DNA of 64,000 bases from Candidatus Atabeyarchaeum deiterrae (lineage in GTDB: Archaea; Asgardarchaeota; Atabeyarchaeia; Atabeyarchaeales; Atabeyarchaeaceae). Within the stretch, counting starts at the first letter, position 1. Each line of letters opens with the position of its first letter. The position numbers were made by a program, and so were the translations under genes. The stretch is from the NCBI GenBank assembly GCA_037310415.1, contig CP147780.1:512001-576000 (forward strand). Direction: 5' to 3'. The notes under the pieces were generated by a model. It did no database searches. It worked only from the letters and a program-made list of their open reading frames with translations, and was not told the origin of the DNA. Positions 29,996 through 40,609 of the stretch are shown here, piece by piece.

Positions 29996-30313
29996 CTAGT
30001 CAATCATAACACACTCTTTCCTGCACCTGGCGACGCAGTAATTACAGGCTTCGGTTCCCAATAGAATAGAACAGAGCTCTTTGAGCAGTTGGTCGCCGAA
30101 TGGGGGAGAACCATTATGGAGATAGTCCTTGAACTCCGCAAACCATGACGGACTGAAGTACCGATGCTGAACAGCCAAGCTACACGCCTCTTTTCTCACT
30201 ATTTCTGCAGTTATCCACCATCTTTTCTTTCCAGTTCTCCCAGAAGGTCTTCCGCTTTGAGCCTCGACCAACAATCTCTCCACCCTATGGGCATACCTCA
30301 ACCAAGTAGGCAA
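29996..30313 (-). CDS. Small hypothetical protein with C-terminal CxxCxxxCxxxC
   Basis: ORF track; Cys cluster. Confidence 0.45.
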   Translation of the reverse strand: MPTWLRYAHRVERLLVEAQSGRPSGRTGKKRWWITAEIVRKEACSLAVQHRYFSPSWFAEFKDYLHNGSPPFGDQLLKELCSILLGTEACNYCVARCRKECVMID

Positions 30314-30367
30314 CTAGTAGGAGCAAAACGAATAGTACCTACATTATGGGAATCCAACACCGTACCG

Positions 30368-31135
30368 CTATGGGGGAATACCAGTTAGGCGTAAGCTTAG
30401 AAGATCGCCTGTCACGATAGAACAGAAGAGCGACAACGCGAGTACAGCTGTCACGGGGATCCTAAGCGGGTACCAGATCATAATATCTAGGTCATCTGGA
30501 ACAGTCAGTCCATGACTTTTCAAGGCTGAAGCACGACGCTTGAAGCTATCTGTGACAGGAACGGACGATACAATAATCAGCCACTTTGGCGCGGAAATGG
30601 ATTTATTGTCGGGATCTTTTCCGAAACGGGTTCTCCTGTATGCGCAGAGAAGTACCAGATTCCGCCCTCTCTCATAATTCGAGAATGGTATGTTCTTCTT
30701 TCTGAGGAAACTGAACAGAAGATTCTCCAAGAAATTCAGAACGAAGATGAGTGACAAGAACATGACAAGATTTATTGTCGCGGAGATAGGTGTAAGCAAT
30801 ACACCTTTAGACAGACCAGATAAAGGAAGTATTGTTGGAACATAGAGTGACAGAAAAATCAATGCCTTCGCGTCAGCACCACCGAATACTCCAATCCTAA
30901 AGAGAGCCAACGAGATCAGGATAGCTACGAAACAGGAAAAGAGTGTTGTAAGAAGGATCTCGATTCCTTCATAAGTCAGCCACCTGAGAAAAAATGATGC
31001 ACAACCCCCAATCAAGGCAAGAAGCCAAAGCCTGTCTGGGACGAAACCGGTTCTCAAATCGAACCAAGATGCAAATACTAGCAGCAAGAAACACAGCAAA
31101 ACCGGCAACACATCTGAACATGGGCTTATAACCAA
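30368..31135 (-). CDS. Prepilin/prearchaellin peptidase (A24, PibD/FlaK)
   Basis: SWFDLRTGFVPD and FGGADAKAL aspartate motifs. Confidence 0.88.
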   Translation of the reverse strand: MVISPCSDVLPVLLCFLLLVFASWFDLRTGFVPDRLWLLALIGGCASFFLRWLTYEGIEILLTTLFSCFVAILISLALFRIGVFGGADAKALIFLSLYVPTILPLSGLSKGVLLTPISATINLVMFLSLIFVLNFLENLLFSFLRKKNIPFSNYERGRNLVLLCAYRRTRFGKDPDNKSISAPKWLIIVSSVPVTDSFKRRASALKSHGLTVPDDLDIMIWYPLRIPVTAVLALSLFCSIVTGDLLSLRLTGIPP

Positions 31136-31282
31136 CTAGGATATCACCGATAATGCGTAGAGGACCAATGTATTTTAGATACACTAAGAATGATTCAACG
31201 CTTTACTTTGAGAGGCTATGCACAGCAGAAGAAAGAGATAATATGTGAATGCTCATAACAAGATTAGAAGAGAAAAGGCAGA

Positions 31283-31834
31283 GTGACAGTTTTGGGAGAC
31301 AGGAGTAACAGATCATACAAATTCTATCAAATGGAGATGACACTCGACAGAATTAGGCTCATTCAAGTCAAGAAAGTTCCTAGTTTGACAATAAGAAACT
31401 ACCACGCGAGTGACGCGAAAGGGCTTGTTAGAGTATTCAACAGCGTATTCTTGGGAAGCAATGACCCAATTCCCCGGATATCCGAGCAGGATCTGGGCGA
31501 TTTGCCTTCCGATAGAATATTGCTAGCAGAATCAGAGGGAGAAACTGTGGGGTTCCTCATGTGTGGAATCAAGACTTTGGAAGGAGAGGTTGTCGGCGTA
31601 ATTGGTTATGTGGGAGTTATCAGTAAGTGGCGTAGAAAAGGAGTGGCAACTCTTCTGGCAGTTGAAGCCGGGAGATACTTCTTAAAGAATAGATTGAAGA
31701 AGGTAATCTGCGAAGTATACTATCTCAACAAGAATTCTTACAAGTTCATTGAGAGCTTTGGCTTCAGCCAGACCGCAACGATCTACGTTCCAGTCGAGGA
31801 TGTTGTGAAGTCGCTCTATAGAGTGAAACTGTAA
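31283..31834 (+). CDS. GNAT N-acetyltransferase
   Basis: VGVISKWRRKGVA, N..SYKFIESFGF. Confidence 0.85.
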   Translation: MTVLGDRSNRSYKFYQMEMTLDRIRLIQVKKVPSLTIRNYHASDAKGLVRVFNSVFLGSNDPIPRISEQDLGDLPSDRILLAESEGETVGFLMCGIKTLEGEVVGVIGYVGVISKWRRKGVATLLAVEAGRYFLKNRLKKVICEVYYLNKNSYKFIESFGFSQTATIYVPVEDVVKSLYRVKL

Positions 31835-31887
31835 ATCCGAAACGGTCATATGCGAATAGCTGCAATCAGCCTGATCTGAGACCCATC

Positions 31888-32457
31888 CTAGCTAGTTGGC
31901 TGCTGCAGGTTGTGAGTTATTAGCGTCCTAATTAGGGCCTTGAATGTCTGAAGCAGACCGATTCCTAAAACGGAAATGGTTTCGTATATTTGGAACTTTT
32001 CTAGACCAAGCGCTTCTACCAACTCCCTACGTCCCATTGCGTTTGGTAGATCCCTCTTGTTGAGCATCATAAGCAGGGGAACTTCTTTGCCCAGACGATC
32101 GCCGTAGGTCTCTTTCAGCTCCCTGAAGCTCTCCATGTTTTCGCTAAGGCGTTCACGCGAAGAATCAATAACGAATAGTACGCCGTCTGATTCCTTTGAC
32201 ACGATCTGCCGTCTCGCCTTCTGAGTTGGTGAGCCGGCAACCGTGAACACGTTGAAGATCACCTTTCCAGAAGCGGACATCGGAGCATAATCAAAAAATA
32301 TGGTTCGACCATCAGGACCCTCTATTGATGTGAACCCGCCCTTGGTCAGACCTTCTGAGTGGTTGTATATCCATCTGAGAGCCGTGGTTTTGCCAGACAT
32401 CGATGGGCCCCAGAGAACCACCTTGAAATGAATCCTCCCTTTCTCATCCCGCTTCAC
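31888..32457 (-). CDS. MglA-like small GTPase
   Basis: GPSMSGKTT, GRTIFFD, TVAGS, NKRD. Confidence 0.85.
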   Translation of the reverse strand: MKRDEKGRIHFKVVLWGPSMSGKTTALRWIYNHSEGLTKGGFTSIEGPDGRTIFFDYAPMSASGKVIFNVFTVAGSPTQKARRQIVSKESDGVLFVIDSSRERLSENMESFRELKETYGDRLGKEVPLLMMLNKRDLPNAMGRRELVEALGLEKFQIYETISVLGIGLLQTFKALIRTLITHNLQQPTS

Positions 32458-32817
32458 TTTGACCAGCCCCCTATTTCCAAACCTATGTTGACACGACTGA
32501 CTGTCTAGCGGTGACCGCTTTAGATAATTAGCACTAACAGCTACTTATACTATTAGGATTGAACTCACAAATAAATGTATCAATTCAGGCTACGAGCATT
32601 CAATGTATAGAGAGACACAACTCTCTCAGGTCGCAGTGATGCCAATTGCCAATTCAGAGCGTCACCCATAAACGAACACGCAACGGTTCACCTAGTTGAG
32701 CGGAACAAGATTTGATTGGGAAAACTCTATTAATCACCCGAGACAACATTAATAAGTCAAGTTTCGCAGACCTCTATTCCTCATCTTCTGATTCTTTCAT
32801 GACGAAGAGGGAGAAGA

Positions 32818-33096
32818 ATGCAAGAAAAGTTATTTAATAGGATCTTGACTGTTGTGATTATCCTTTCCATTGTGGCTTTCGCTGCAGGTTGCGTTTATGT
32901 CTTGCTTTCAGAGAGCGGTCTTACACTGAGGAAGTTTGCGGCTGTATGGCTGTTTGCATATGTTTTGGCAGTGACGCTGGGGTTCAAGGGAAGCATAGAA
33001 TCTCATAAGGATGGGCTGACAAGGTTTGCAGTCGAATGGTTAATCGCATGCGGCGCAGGAACAATCCTAGCTGGTCTAGTGATTATGTTTGGATAG
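32818..33096 (+). CDS. Small 3-TM membrane protein
   Basis: Hydrophobicity; SD upstream. Confidence 0.6.
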   Translation: MQEKLFNRILTVVIILSIVAFAAGCVYVLLSESGLTLRKFAAVWLFAYVLAVTLGFKGSIESHKDGLTRFAVEWLIACGAGTILAGLVIMFG

Positions 33097-33172
33097 ACAA
33101 TCTGTGCAAAACAACAGTAGCTTCCAGTAAGTAGTTTTGACGAAACTCCAAAAGCTTTGTATCTGGCGGTGA

Positions 33173-33862
33173 ATGGAAATGTCCACCAACATTATTCGTG
33201 GTGTCCACCCCACAAGAATGGAATTGATTCAGCTTCAACGAAGAAGAATACTCGCAGAGAAAGGACACGACTTGCTCAAAGAGAAGCGGGATGCTTTGAT
33301 CATGGAGTTTTTCAGCGCGTTAGAGGATATCAGAAAACTCAGAGGAGACGTCAACTCTGCACTTCAAGACGCATTCAGAGCATTGTTGGAATCAAAGATG
33401 ATACTGGGTCCTGCCAAGTTGAATGAGCTTTCTATGAATTTGCCATTTTCAGTACAGATCGATGTGGACACGAGAAACATAATGGGTGTAAGGGTTCCTA
33501 TACTTAGATCAAGAGAGGAAACAGTGGAGGAATCGGTTCCTTATAGCGTAGTCGACACGACGGCAAAAATGGATGAAGCAGTCAAGAAGTTTCGGGATAC
33601 AACCAAACTGATCATACGTCTGGCAGAAACCGAAACTGCAGTCAAGAAGCTGGCACAAGAAATCGATAAGACGAAGAGAAGAGTCAATGCGCTGAAGTAT
33701 ATCATTATCCCTAGAATAGGAAACACAATAAAATACATCCAGTTCCACCTGGAGGAAGTCGCCAGAGAAGACTTCTTCAGATTGAAGAGGATTAAGGCAA
33801 CACTTGAGAAAAGAGAATCAGTCAGCAAAACTCAGACAGCAGGCAATACCGAGGCCAGATAA
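33173..33862 (+). CDS. atpD: A/V-type ATP synthase subunit D
   Basis: PTRMEL, GHDLLKEKRDAL, KTKRRVNAL, FFRLKRIK. Confidence 0.95.
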   Translation: MEMSTNIIRGVHPTRMELIQLQRRRILAEKGHDLLKEKRDALIMEFFSALEDIRKLRGDVNSALQDAFRALLESKMILGPAKLNELSMNLPFSVQIDVDTRNIMGVRVPILRSREETVEESVPYSVVDTTAKMDEAVKKFRDTTKLIIRLAETETAVKKLAQEIDKTKRRVNALKYIIIPRIGNTIKYIQFHLEEVAREDFFRLKRIKATLEKRESVSKTQTAGNTEAR

Positions 33863-33870
33863 TCCGTTCT

Positions 33871-34236
33871 CTACTTCTTTTGCATCTTCAAGGTTAGAAT
33901 AGCTTGCGCCAGATCGCCCTTAGAGTCAACAAGAGCAGAGCGAGCTTCATCAAGGCTCACTCCAACTTGATCAGCGACTAATTGAACGTCCTCGGAAGAT
34001 GCTTCTCCCGGACCACCTTGTCCCTCGCTGGTTCCTTCGACGGGAGTCCCAACTACCTGAAACACGTCGCGATCACCCGACTTCATGCGCGACACTTGTG
34101 GGTTCGGTATAACAAGTTCGCCTCCTGAAGCCATTCGGAAGACTACCTCAGTAACGTTTTCAAGTTCCTCAAGTTTCAGTCCCATTCTGCCCATGAGTCT
34201 GCGCATTGTTCTGGGATCCATTTTCCGAGGGAACAT
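33871..34236 (-). CDS. nac: Nascent polypeptide-associated complex protein
   Basis: MDPRTMRRLMGRMG, UBA-like tail GDLAQAI. Confidence 0.92.
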   Translation of the reverse strand: MFPRKMDPRTMRRLMGRMGLKLEELENVTEVVFRMASGGELVIPNPQVSRMKSGDRDVFQVVGTPVEGTSEGQGGPGEASSEDVQLVADQVGVSLDEARSALVDSKGDLAQAILTLKMQKK

Positions 34237-34720
34237 CTTTACTATTCACACCTCTTCTGACCTTGATAGCGATGCCATGCTTAAATCTTTTGGCTTCCTC
34301 ACTTGACAGGAGTGACCGTCCGACGGCCAAAACACGTGATGCCTCAGACGTGACAATGGTTTCGCTTGAGGGATGAACCCAATTTGACGAACCTGCCACA
34401 TGCTTGGCAAATACGTTCCCTCCCCTGGATATTGGCAAAATGAATTCATCTTTGATTGTAATGCAGGGGCAGTCGTCCCTGCCCACCAGTCTTCTGGCAC
34501 CCTCCATAGAAAGGGAAAAGGTGCCACTCCTTGGATTAAGAGTCGCTATGTGACTCTTACCCTCACTAATCTCCTTTATCTTCCCTGTCTTTCTTGAGAT
34601 CGAGACATCTTCCACACGTGGAAACAAGGAAGACCCAATACTCGAAGAGAACTGGTAATCAGCAATCATTCGAATCCTTCTAAGTGCCCAATAATCGGTT
34701 TCTTTTATCAACATAGGCAC
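34169..34720 (-). CDS. PUA-domain protein (TGT C2-PUA-like)
   Basis: IADYQF, GGNVFAKHV, AVGR, AIKVR. Confidence 0.82.
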   Translation of the reverse strand: MPMLIKETDYWALRRIRMIADYQFSSSIGSSLFPRVEDVSISRKTGKIKEISEGKSHIATLNPRSGTFSLSMEGARRLVGRDDCPCITIKDEFILPISRGGNVFAKHVAGSSNWVHPSSETIVTSEASRVLAVGRSLLSSEEAKRFKHGIAIKVRRGVNSKDVPSENGSQNNAQTHGQNGTET

Positions 34721-34741
34721 CAGATTATCGATGAATCAAGA

Positions 34742-35956
34742 TCACCCGTACATTCCGTTGCATGAGTCACTTCCAGATGTGGAGTAACCTAATACCTTCG
34801 ACACAGCCTTCTCAAAATCAGCTTGCTGCACTTTGTGGCGAAACTCTCTAATTGCAAACATGCCTGATTCGGTACATATGGATTTAATGTCAGCCCCCGT
34901 CGCACCGTCAGTGATCTTCACCATATTATTAAAGTCAACATCGTCGGTCAGACTCATTCTCCTGGTGTGGATTCGGAATATCTCAAGACGCGCATTCTCA
35001 TCTGGAAACGGAAACTCAATTACGCGATCAAAACGTCCAGGGCGAAGAAGTGCTGGGTCTAGTATATCGGGACGATTAGTCGCTCCTATTACTCTTACGT
35101 CCCCACGAGCATCGAAGCCATCAAGTACGCTTAGTAACTGCATTAGGGTCCTTTGAACCTCTCGATCACCACTTGTTGCAACTTCAAGTCTCCTGCTTGC
35201 AACGGCGTCGATTTCGTCTATGAAGACAATACTAGGTGACTTTTCTCTGGCGAGTTGGAAAACTTCTCTCACCAACCGAGCACCTTCACCTATGAATTTC
35301 TGGACAAATTCCGAACCAATCACTCTTAGAAAGGTGGATTTTGTTTCTCTTGCAACAGCTCTCGCGACTAAAGTTTTTCCCGATCCTGGGGGACCGCACA
35401 ACAGTACGCCGTTAGGCGGATCTATTCCGATCTCTTCAAATGCCTCAGGGTGTGTGAGTGGAAGTTCAACGGTCTCTCTGATTTCTAGTATCTGCTCATT
35501 CAGTCCACCAATATCGTTGTAAGTAACGGGGGGAGATACTTCGACTTCCATGCTGCGAACAAAAGGATCTTTGGTCTGAGGTAGAATCTCAACTATCGAG
35601 AGAGTTCTTTGGTTCAGGGCGACCCTAGTACCTGGAAACAGCGCGTTCTTGGGGATGCTCTTCGACACATATACGACGAAGTTTGGACCAGTGGAGCTTT
35701 TTACTACTGCTCGTCCATCTTCCATTATGTCGGTTAATTGAGCAGCAATCAAGGGTGGCTGCCTTGCCTTTTCGATCTCGGTTCTAAGTGAGTGCAGTTC
35801 TCTTTCGAGTCTCGTTCTTTCAGCATCGACTAACTGTTTCTCAGTTTCAAGTGAACGAACTTTTCTTTCAAGGTGTCTTGTGTAAGAGGACAAATATGAT
35901 TCCTCAACGTTGTTGTAGACTCTTTTCTTGGAACCTGATTCTATCATGTCAGGCAA
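34742..35956 (-). CDS. pan: Proteasome-activating nucleotidase
   Basis: Coiled coil, [22 protein letters not shown], HbYX tail MYG; TTG start after GGAGG. Confidence 0.95.
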   Translation of the reverse strand: MPDMIESGSKKRVYNNVEESYLSSYTRHLERKVRSLETEKQLVDAERTRLERELHSLRTEIEKARQPPLIAAQLTDIMEDGRAVVKSSTGPNFVVYVSKSIPKNALFPGTRVALNQRTLSIVEILPQTKDPFVRSMEVEVSPPVTYNDIGGLNEQILEIRETVELPLTHPEAFEEIGIDPPNGVLLCGPPGSGKTLVARAVARETKSTFLRVIGSEFVQKFIGEGARLVREVFQLAREKSPSIVFIDEIDAVASRRLEVATSGDREVQRTLMQLLSVLDGFDARGDVRVIGATNRPDILDPALLRPGRFDRVIEFPFPDENARLEIFRIHTRRMSLTDDVDFNNMVKITDGATGADIKSICTESGMFAIREFRHKVQQADFEKAVSKVLGYSTSGSDSCNGMYG

Positions 35957-36131
35957 AACGAAGCCTCCACAGGTCACGATGAGTAAGATTGGCATCGTGC
36001 CGATTACCAGAAAGTAGATAAACCCAACCTTATTAATTCTTTTGTTACTAAACGAAAAATCACGAGCTTGTCGATGAGACATTTCATGCGTGATGGTCGA
36101 TTCAGATTATGGCATTGGGAGGCAGACTCTC

Positions 36132-36665
36132 TTGAGGTGCGAGATCTGTGGGGAGGAAGTGGCTGAGAGGGGAACTATGATAGATGTCGAGGGAGCGAAG
36201 CTTTTCGTTTGCTGGCAATGCAGGAAATTCGGCGAAGAGGTTAAGAGACGACCAAGCAAGCCCTCTGCGCAATCCGTCCAGCGATCTGCAAAGACTCCAG
36301 TCCAGAACATAAGGAGGACTGTCAAACCAAGAGTTGAACGTGTGAGAGAGACAAGGCAAGCATCTCCAGACCTTGAATTAGTTGAGGATTATCCTCAGCG
36401 GATTAGGCGCGCACGTGAGTCGCTCAACCTAACTCAGGAAGACTTGGCTAAGAGAATAGGGGAGAGACTTTCGATAGTTCAGAAATTAGAGACGGGTAAG
36501 ATGTGGCCATCTGATACACTTGTCGAAAAATTAGGAAGGATTCTTCGACTAACGCTGAGAGCACCAGTTGAAGAGGAGTCAGTTCCCCATCAATACAAAC
36601 GAACTAGCTCGGAGTTGACTATTGGAGACATAGCCGAGCCTGTTGACAAGAAGAAAGCCGACTAA
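36132..36665 (+). CDS. Multiprotein bridging factor aMBF1
   Basis: CEICG Zn ribbon plus HTH, LTIGD. Confidence 0.92.
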   Translation: MRCEICGEEVAERGTMIDVEGAKLFVCWQCRKFGEEVKRRPSKPSAQSVQRSAKTPVQNIRRTVKPRVERVRETRQASPDLELVEDYPQRIRRARESLNLTQEDLAKRIGERLSIVQKLETGKMWPSDTLVEKLGRILRLTLRAPVEEESVPHQYKRTSSELTIGDIAEPVDKKKAD

Positions 36666-37195
36666 GTGTCTTTTTTGATAACTTCCTTTCCTCTTGCGCG
36701 AGGTAGTATGCTGATCTTGGCTCCGGGATACTCCTTTTTGAATTCGTCACCTTGAAGCAGTTCGTGTAGGAAAACTGCCAAAGCTGAAACCTCACTATGA
36801 GGCTGATTCGTTATCGAAACATTCCAGTCAGCCAGCGAATAGAGTTCGCCTGGGACTTTCTGGCCTCCGACGACGATCAGCAATTCCTTATCGCAGGACC
36901 TAATCTCCTCAATTACATCGTGCAAGTCAAGCCCGTACATGGTTAAGTGGACTAGCTTCCCAGTTAGTCTCCAGTTACTTAGAAACGCCTTCCATGACTT
37001 CACATATTCAATTGTGAATTCGCCGCCCCAGTTTGAGATGACTTTGCGTACGCTGTCCTCGAATTTCGGATCCTTGTCACCCGAGAAGAACATTTCGTTG
37101 GCACCAAATGCCCGGGCAGCAAGAGCAACGTGAGTTGAGATTCTTGGATCTCGACCCTTTCTGTGACCCATTCTGAATACACAAATGTTCTTCAA
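36662..37195 (-). CDS. trm56: tRNA (cytidine56-2'-O)-methyltransferase
   Basis: GHRKGRDPRISTHV, HLTMYG, NQPHSEV. Confidence 0.95.
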   Translation of the reverse strand: MKNICVFRMGHRKGRDPRISTHVALAARAFGANEMFFSGDKDPKFEDSVRKVISNWGGEFTIEYVKSWKAFLSNWRLTGKLVHLTMYGLDLHDVIEEIRSCDKELLIVVGGQKVPGELYSLADWNVSITNQPHSEVSALAVFLHELLQGDEFKKEYPGAKISILPRARGKEVIKKDT

Positions 37196-37412
37196 GTGTT
37201 AACCACCGAGAGCCAAACGCAAGCAATGTAAGCGATTCTTGGTAATATACGTATCTTCAGTTGAACGGTGAGTTATGTGAACGTTTCGAGTTAGATATAT
37301 TTTTTAAGTAATCAAACCATATTATTATTGAAGACACGAATGCAGAGAAGGTTATTAGAGAGCTGTGCAACAAAAGAGCTAATTGATGGATTAAAAAGAG
37401 GTATAGGCGCCA

Positions 37413-37931
37413 ATGACTGGTAAACCCTCCAATACCGACGACATTGTTGTCTCTATCATAGGAGAGATAGGTGGGGAGGAAGCTGTCAAGGTAGCGTCCG
37501 CGTTATCAAATGAAGAGGAGACCACGGATGAGAAGATAGCGGGATGCACTGGCATGCGACTGAATGCAGTACGGAAGGTCTTGTACAGGTTACATGAGAA
37601 TCATCTTGCTTCCTATCGCAGAACTAGGGATAGTAATACGGGATGGTTTGTGTATTTTTGGAAGCTTAACCCTGAGAAGATAGCTGACCTGATAAGTGAC
37701 AGGAAGAGGCTCGTGCTTCGCAAGCTTAGAGAAAGGCTATCTTATGAGAAGGAGCATATATTCTTTCACTGTGGGAATGAGCAATGCCAAAGATGCACCT
37801 TTGATGAAGCAGTAGAGCTCTCGTTCCAATGCCCCACTTGCAAGAGTCCTTTGCAGTTCCATGGGAATAATGGCATTGTGGGAGTTTTGGAAGATAAAGT
37901 AAGAAAGCTCGAAGTAGACACAAACGCCTAG
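37413..37931 (+). CDS. tfe: Transcription factor E alpha
   Basis: TDEKIA, VRKVLYRL, GWFVYFW, Zn ribbon. Confidence 0.94.
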   Translation: MTGKPSNTDDIVVSIIGEIGGEEAVKVASALSNEEETTDEKIAGCTGMRLNAVRKVLYRLHENHLASYRRTRDSNTGWFVYFWKLNPEKIADLISDRKRLVLRKLRERLSYEKEHIFFHCGNEQCQRCTFDEAVELSFQCPTCKSPLQFHGNNGIVGVLEDKVRKLEVDTNA

Positions 37932-37980
37932 ACGCAACTCTAATAAGTGCTCATAAACAAAGGTCGAATGCTACAGTCTA

Positions 37981-38089
37981 GGGCGGGTGATCTAGCCTGG
38001 TTATGATGCCGCGCTTACAACGCGGTAGAAGTTACTATCAAATAAAATAGCTTCCGCGAAAATCGCCGGTTCAAATCCGGCCCCGCCCA
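37981..38089 (+). tRNA. tRNA-Val(UAC) with a 34-nt intron at 44/45 (38027-38060)
   Basis: Acceptor GGGCGGG/CCCGCCC, anticodon arm CCGCG-CTTACAA-CGCGG, T arm GCCGG-TTCAAAT-CCGGC; BHB CGCG/CGCG with bulges GTA and AAA. Confidence 0.9.
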
Positions 38090-38415
38090 CTATCGGCAGA
38101 ATTCAAGAGTTCTAGCAAAAAAGAGAGGGGATTCGGACTTCAGTCTTACGTTAGTCGTCGGCTAGTAGGGAAGAGGAGGGGAACCGCCACCCGGAGGATG
38201 GCATCTCAAGGGCATTGGTTTGAGCAGAGATCTTGACACGACGACAAACAAGGATGGGATCTTCTTTTCGCGTTCAGCCATTGTCTTTCACTCTCTCAGG
38301 TGTTTTGATCCAAAGTCCTGAGAGAACGTATTTGAACGCCACCATCAAGGTGAGACATGGTTGACCACTCACATAGGATAGCATGGGATCGAATAGATCT
38401 CGCAAAGTTTTGAGA

Positions 38416-38520
38416 TGGCGCCGGGGACGGGATTTGAACCCGCGCGACCCGTAAGAGTCACGGGCTCTCCTGTACGGACTGACTCAAGGCCCGCGCCGTA
38501 GTCCGCTTGGCTACCCCGGC
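38416..38520 (-). tRNA. tRNA-Ser(UGA) with a canonical 16-nt intron (38467-38482); CCA encoded
   Basis: Class II cloverleaf with long variable arm; BHB CUUG/CAGG. Confidence 0.93.
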
Positions 38521-38703
38521 ATACAATCTCTGCTAGCCTTTCAACAAGAAGAAACGTATTTCAATATAAGGGGGTTGCCCCTTTAAAAAACATGTCTAGC
38601 ACACAACAAAGCCAATAAGATGGCTAGTAGAGTGACCGAGGGACAAAGTCTTCAGCGAACAAGGAGCCGATCAGATTGAAGCCAAACCGACCCATCAGAC
38701 CCA

Positions 38704-39021
38704 CTACACTATCTCGATCTCTATGTACACGTCTTCTGGTATTCTGATTCGCATTATCTGTCTCATAGTTCTCTCGTCGGCATCCAGATCTATCAGCCTT
38801 TTGTGAACGCGCATCTGCCACTTATCCCAAGTATGAGTGCCTTCTCCGCAGGGTGATTTCCTCGTGGGAACCAATAGACGCTTGGTGGGAAGAGGTACTG
38901 GTCCAGCTATGCGTGTCCCTGTTTTGATCGCAATATTCTTGACTTGCTTGCAAACATCATCGAGTTTTGCTGAGCTTGTGCTCGACAGCTTTATTTTCGC
39001 TTTTTGAACCATGATACCCAC
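38704..39021 (-). CDS. rps10: 30S ribosomal protein S10
   Basis: [25 protein letters not shown]. Confidence 0.97.
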   Translation of the reverse strand: MGIMVQKAKIKLSSTSSAKLDDVCKQVKNIAIKTGTRIAGPVPLPTKRLLVPTRKSPCGEGTHTWDKWQMRVHKRLIDLDADERTMRQIMRIRIPEDVYIEIEIV

Positions 39022-39072
39022 CAGTATCCATGCCTATACTCCCGTGAAGACCAAACATGAAAAGTTGGGGGA

Positions 39073-40377
39073 CTAGGTCTTATCAGCTTTCACGACATCT
39101 TTCACGATGCCAACAGCGACCGTGATCCCCATATCTCTTATCGCGAAACGCCCAAGCTGTGGAAAGTCAGCGAACTTCTCTATTACAAGGGGTCTCATAG
39201 GAATCAGCTTCACAACTGCATTGTCCTTTGCTTTGATGAAGTCTGGGTTGTCCTGTATCACTTGTCCTGTTCGTGGATCTATTTTGGACACTAGTTTCTC
39301 AAACTTGCAGGCTACAGTAGCAGTATGGGCGTGCAGGACTGGAGTGTAGCCAGCAGCTATGCTCGTGGGGTGTTGAATGACTACGATCTGTCCTGTAAAT
39401 TCCTTCACAACCGTCGGAGGATTGTTCGGAGAACCTGCGACGTGTCCTCTCCTTATATCTGCCCGATCGATGCCCCTAACGTTGAAGCCAATGTTGTCAC
39501 CAGGAACGGCCTGTTCCAATCGTTCGTGGTGCATCTCAATACTCTTGACTTCACCCTTGGCTCCTCCAGGCATGAAAATCAAAGTCTCTCCAGATTTGAG
39601 GATTCCTGTCTCGACGCGTCCCACTGGAACAGTGCCAGCTCCACTGATTGAGTACACGTCCTGAAGTGGGATTCTAAGTGGTTTGTCGATTGGCTTAGGC
39701 GGTACAACCAACGCGTCCAATGCCTGAACAATTGTTTGACCCTTATACCAAGCCATCTTGCTGCTAAGCTCCATCAGGTTTTCTCCCAGCCAAGCAGACA
39801 CTGGTATGAATGGAATCTTCTCAAGTTTATATCCTACAACCTTGAGTAGATCTGACATCTCCTTCTTTATTTCATCGTATCTGTCCTTGCTATAGTTGAC
39901 TGTCTGGTCATCCATTTTGTTTAAAGCGACGATTAGCTGACCCACGCCAAGTGTAAAGGCCAAGTATGCGTGTTCTCGTGTCTGCCCTCCAGGCCCGACT
40001 CCAGATTCGAATTCGCCTTTCTTTGCTGAGATCACCAGTATTGCGGCATCGGCCTGACTGGCTCCAGTTATCATATTCTTAACGAAGTCCCTGTGGCCAG
40101 GCGCATCAATGATTGTGAAATAATACTTGTCGGTCTGGAACTTCTGGAACATTATGTCTATGGTAACTCCTCTTTCTCGCTCTTCCTTGAGCCTATCCAT
40201 GACCCAGGCGATGTATTCCGATCCTTTGCCGATCTTCTCCGCTTCAGTTTTGAAAGTCTCTAGAGTACGTTTGTCGACGGCACCTTTCTTAACGAGAAGC
40301 TGACCACCAAGTGTACTCTTCCCATGGTCGATATGTCCGATCACTATCAAGTTAATGTGTGGTTTCTTTTCAGACAT
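39073..40377 (-). CDS. tuf: Elongation factor 1-alpha
   Basis: [32 protein letters not shown]. Confidence 0.98.
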   Translation of the reverse strand: MSEKKPHINLIVIGHIDHGKSTLGGQLLVKKGAVDKRTLETFKTEAEKIGKGSEYIAWVMDRLKEERERGVTIDIMFQKFQTDKYYFTIIDAPGHRDFVKNMITGASQADAAILVISAKKGEFESGVGPGGQTREHAYLAFTLGVGQLIVALNKMDDQTVNYSKDRYDEIKKEMSDLLKVVGYKLEKIPFIPVSAWLGENLMELSSKMAWYKGQTIVQALDALVVPPKPIDKPLRIPLQDVYSISGAGTVPVGRVETGILKSGETLIFMPGGAKGEVKSIEMHHERLEQAVPGDNIGFNVRGIDRADIRRGHVAGSPNNPPTVVKEFTGQIVVIQHPTSIAAGYTPVLHAHTATVACKFEKLVSKIDPRTGQVIQDNPDFIKAKDNAVVKLIPMRPLVIEKFADFPQLGRFAIRDMGITVAVGIVKDVVKADKT

Positions 40378-40484
40378 TTCTGTATCCATTCCTCCGATGT
40401 ACTCGATAAATTCAGCTCTGTCGTTCAGTCAGATTGAAGCTATCATTACCAAGTTAAGAGTTTATAATTTTGATGATTTTTTCC

Positions 40485-40499
40485 CTTATAAAGGTTTTT
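40485..40499 (-). promoter_or_regulatory. BRE-TATA promoter upstream of EF-1alpha
   Basis: Minus strand AAAAACCTTTATAAG in the gap where EF-2 usually lies. Confidence 0.5.
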
Positions 40500-40609
40500 G
40501 GTAGAGAGACCTGCGAATAGAAAACCATTCGGCTTGTTTCGGCAATTAAGCAAGAACGGAGATCTTCCATTCATCAAGCAACCCAGGTATGATCCTCTGA
40601 CCAAGACAA

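Noticed and set aside
38416-38520. Selenocysteine tRNA
   Set aside because: The anticodon is UGA (reads Ser UCA), not UCA, and the acceptor stem is the normal 7 bp.
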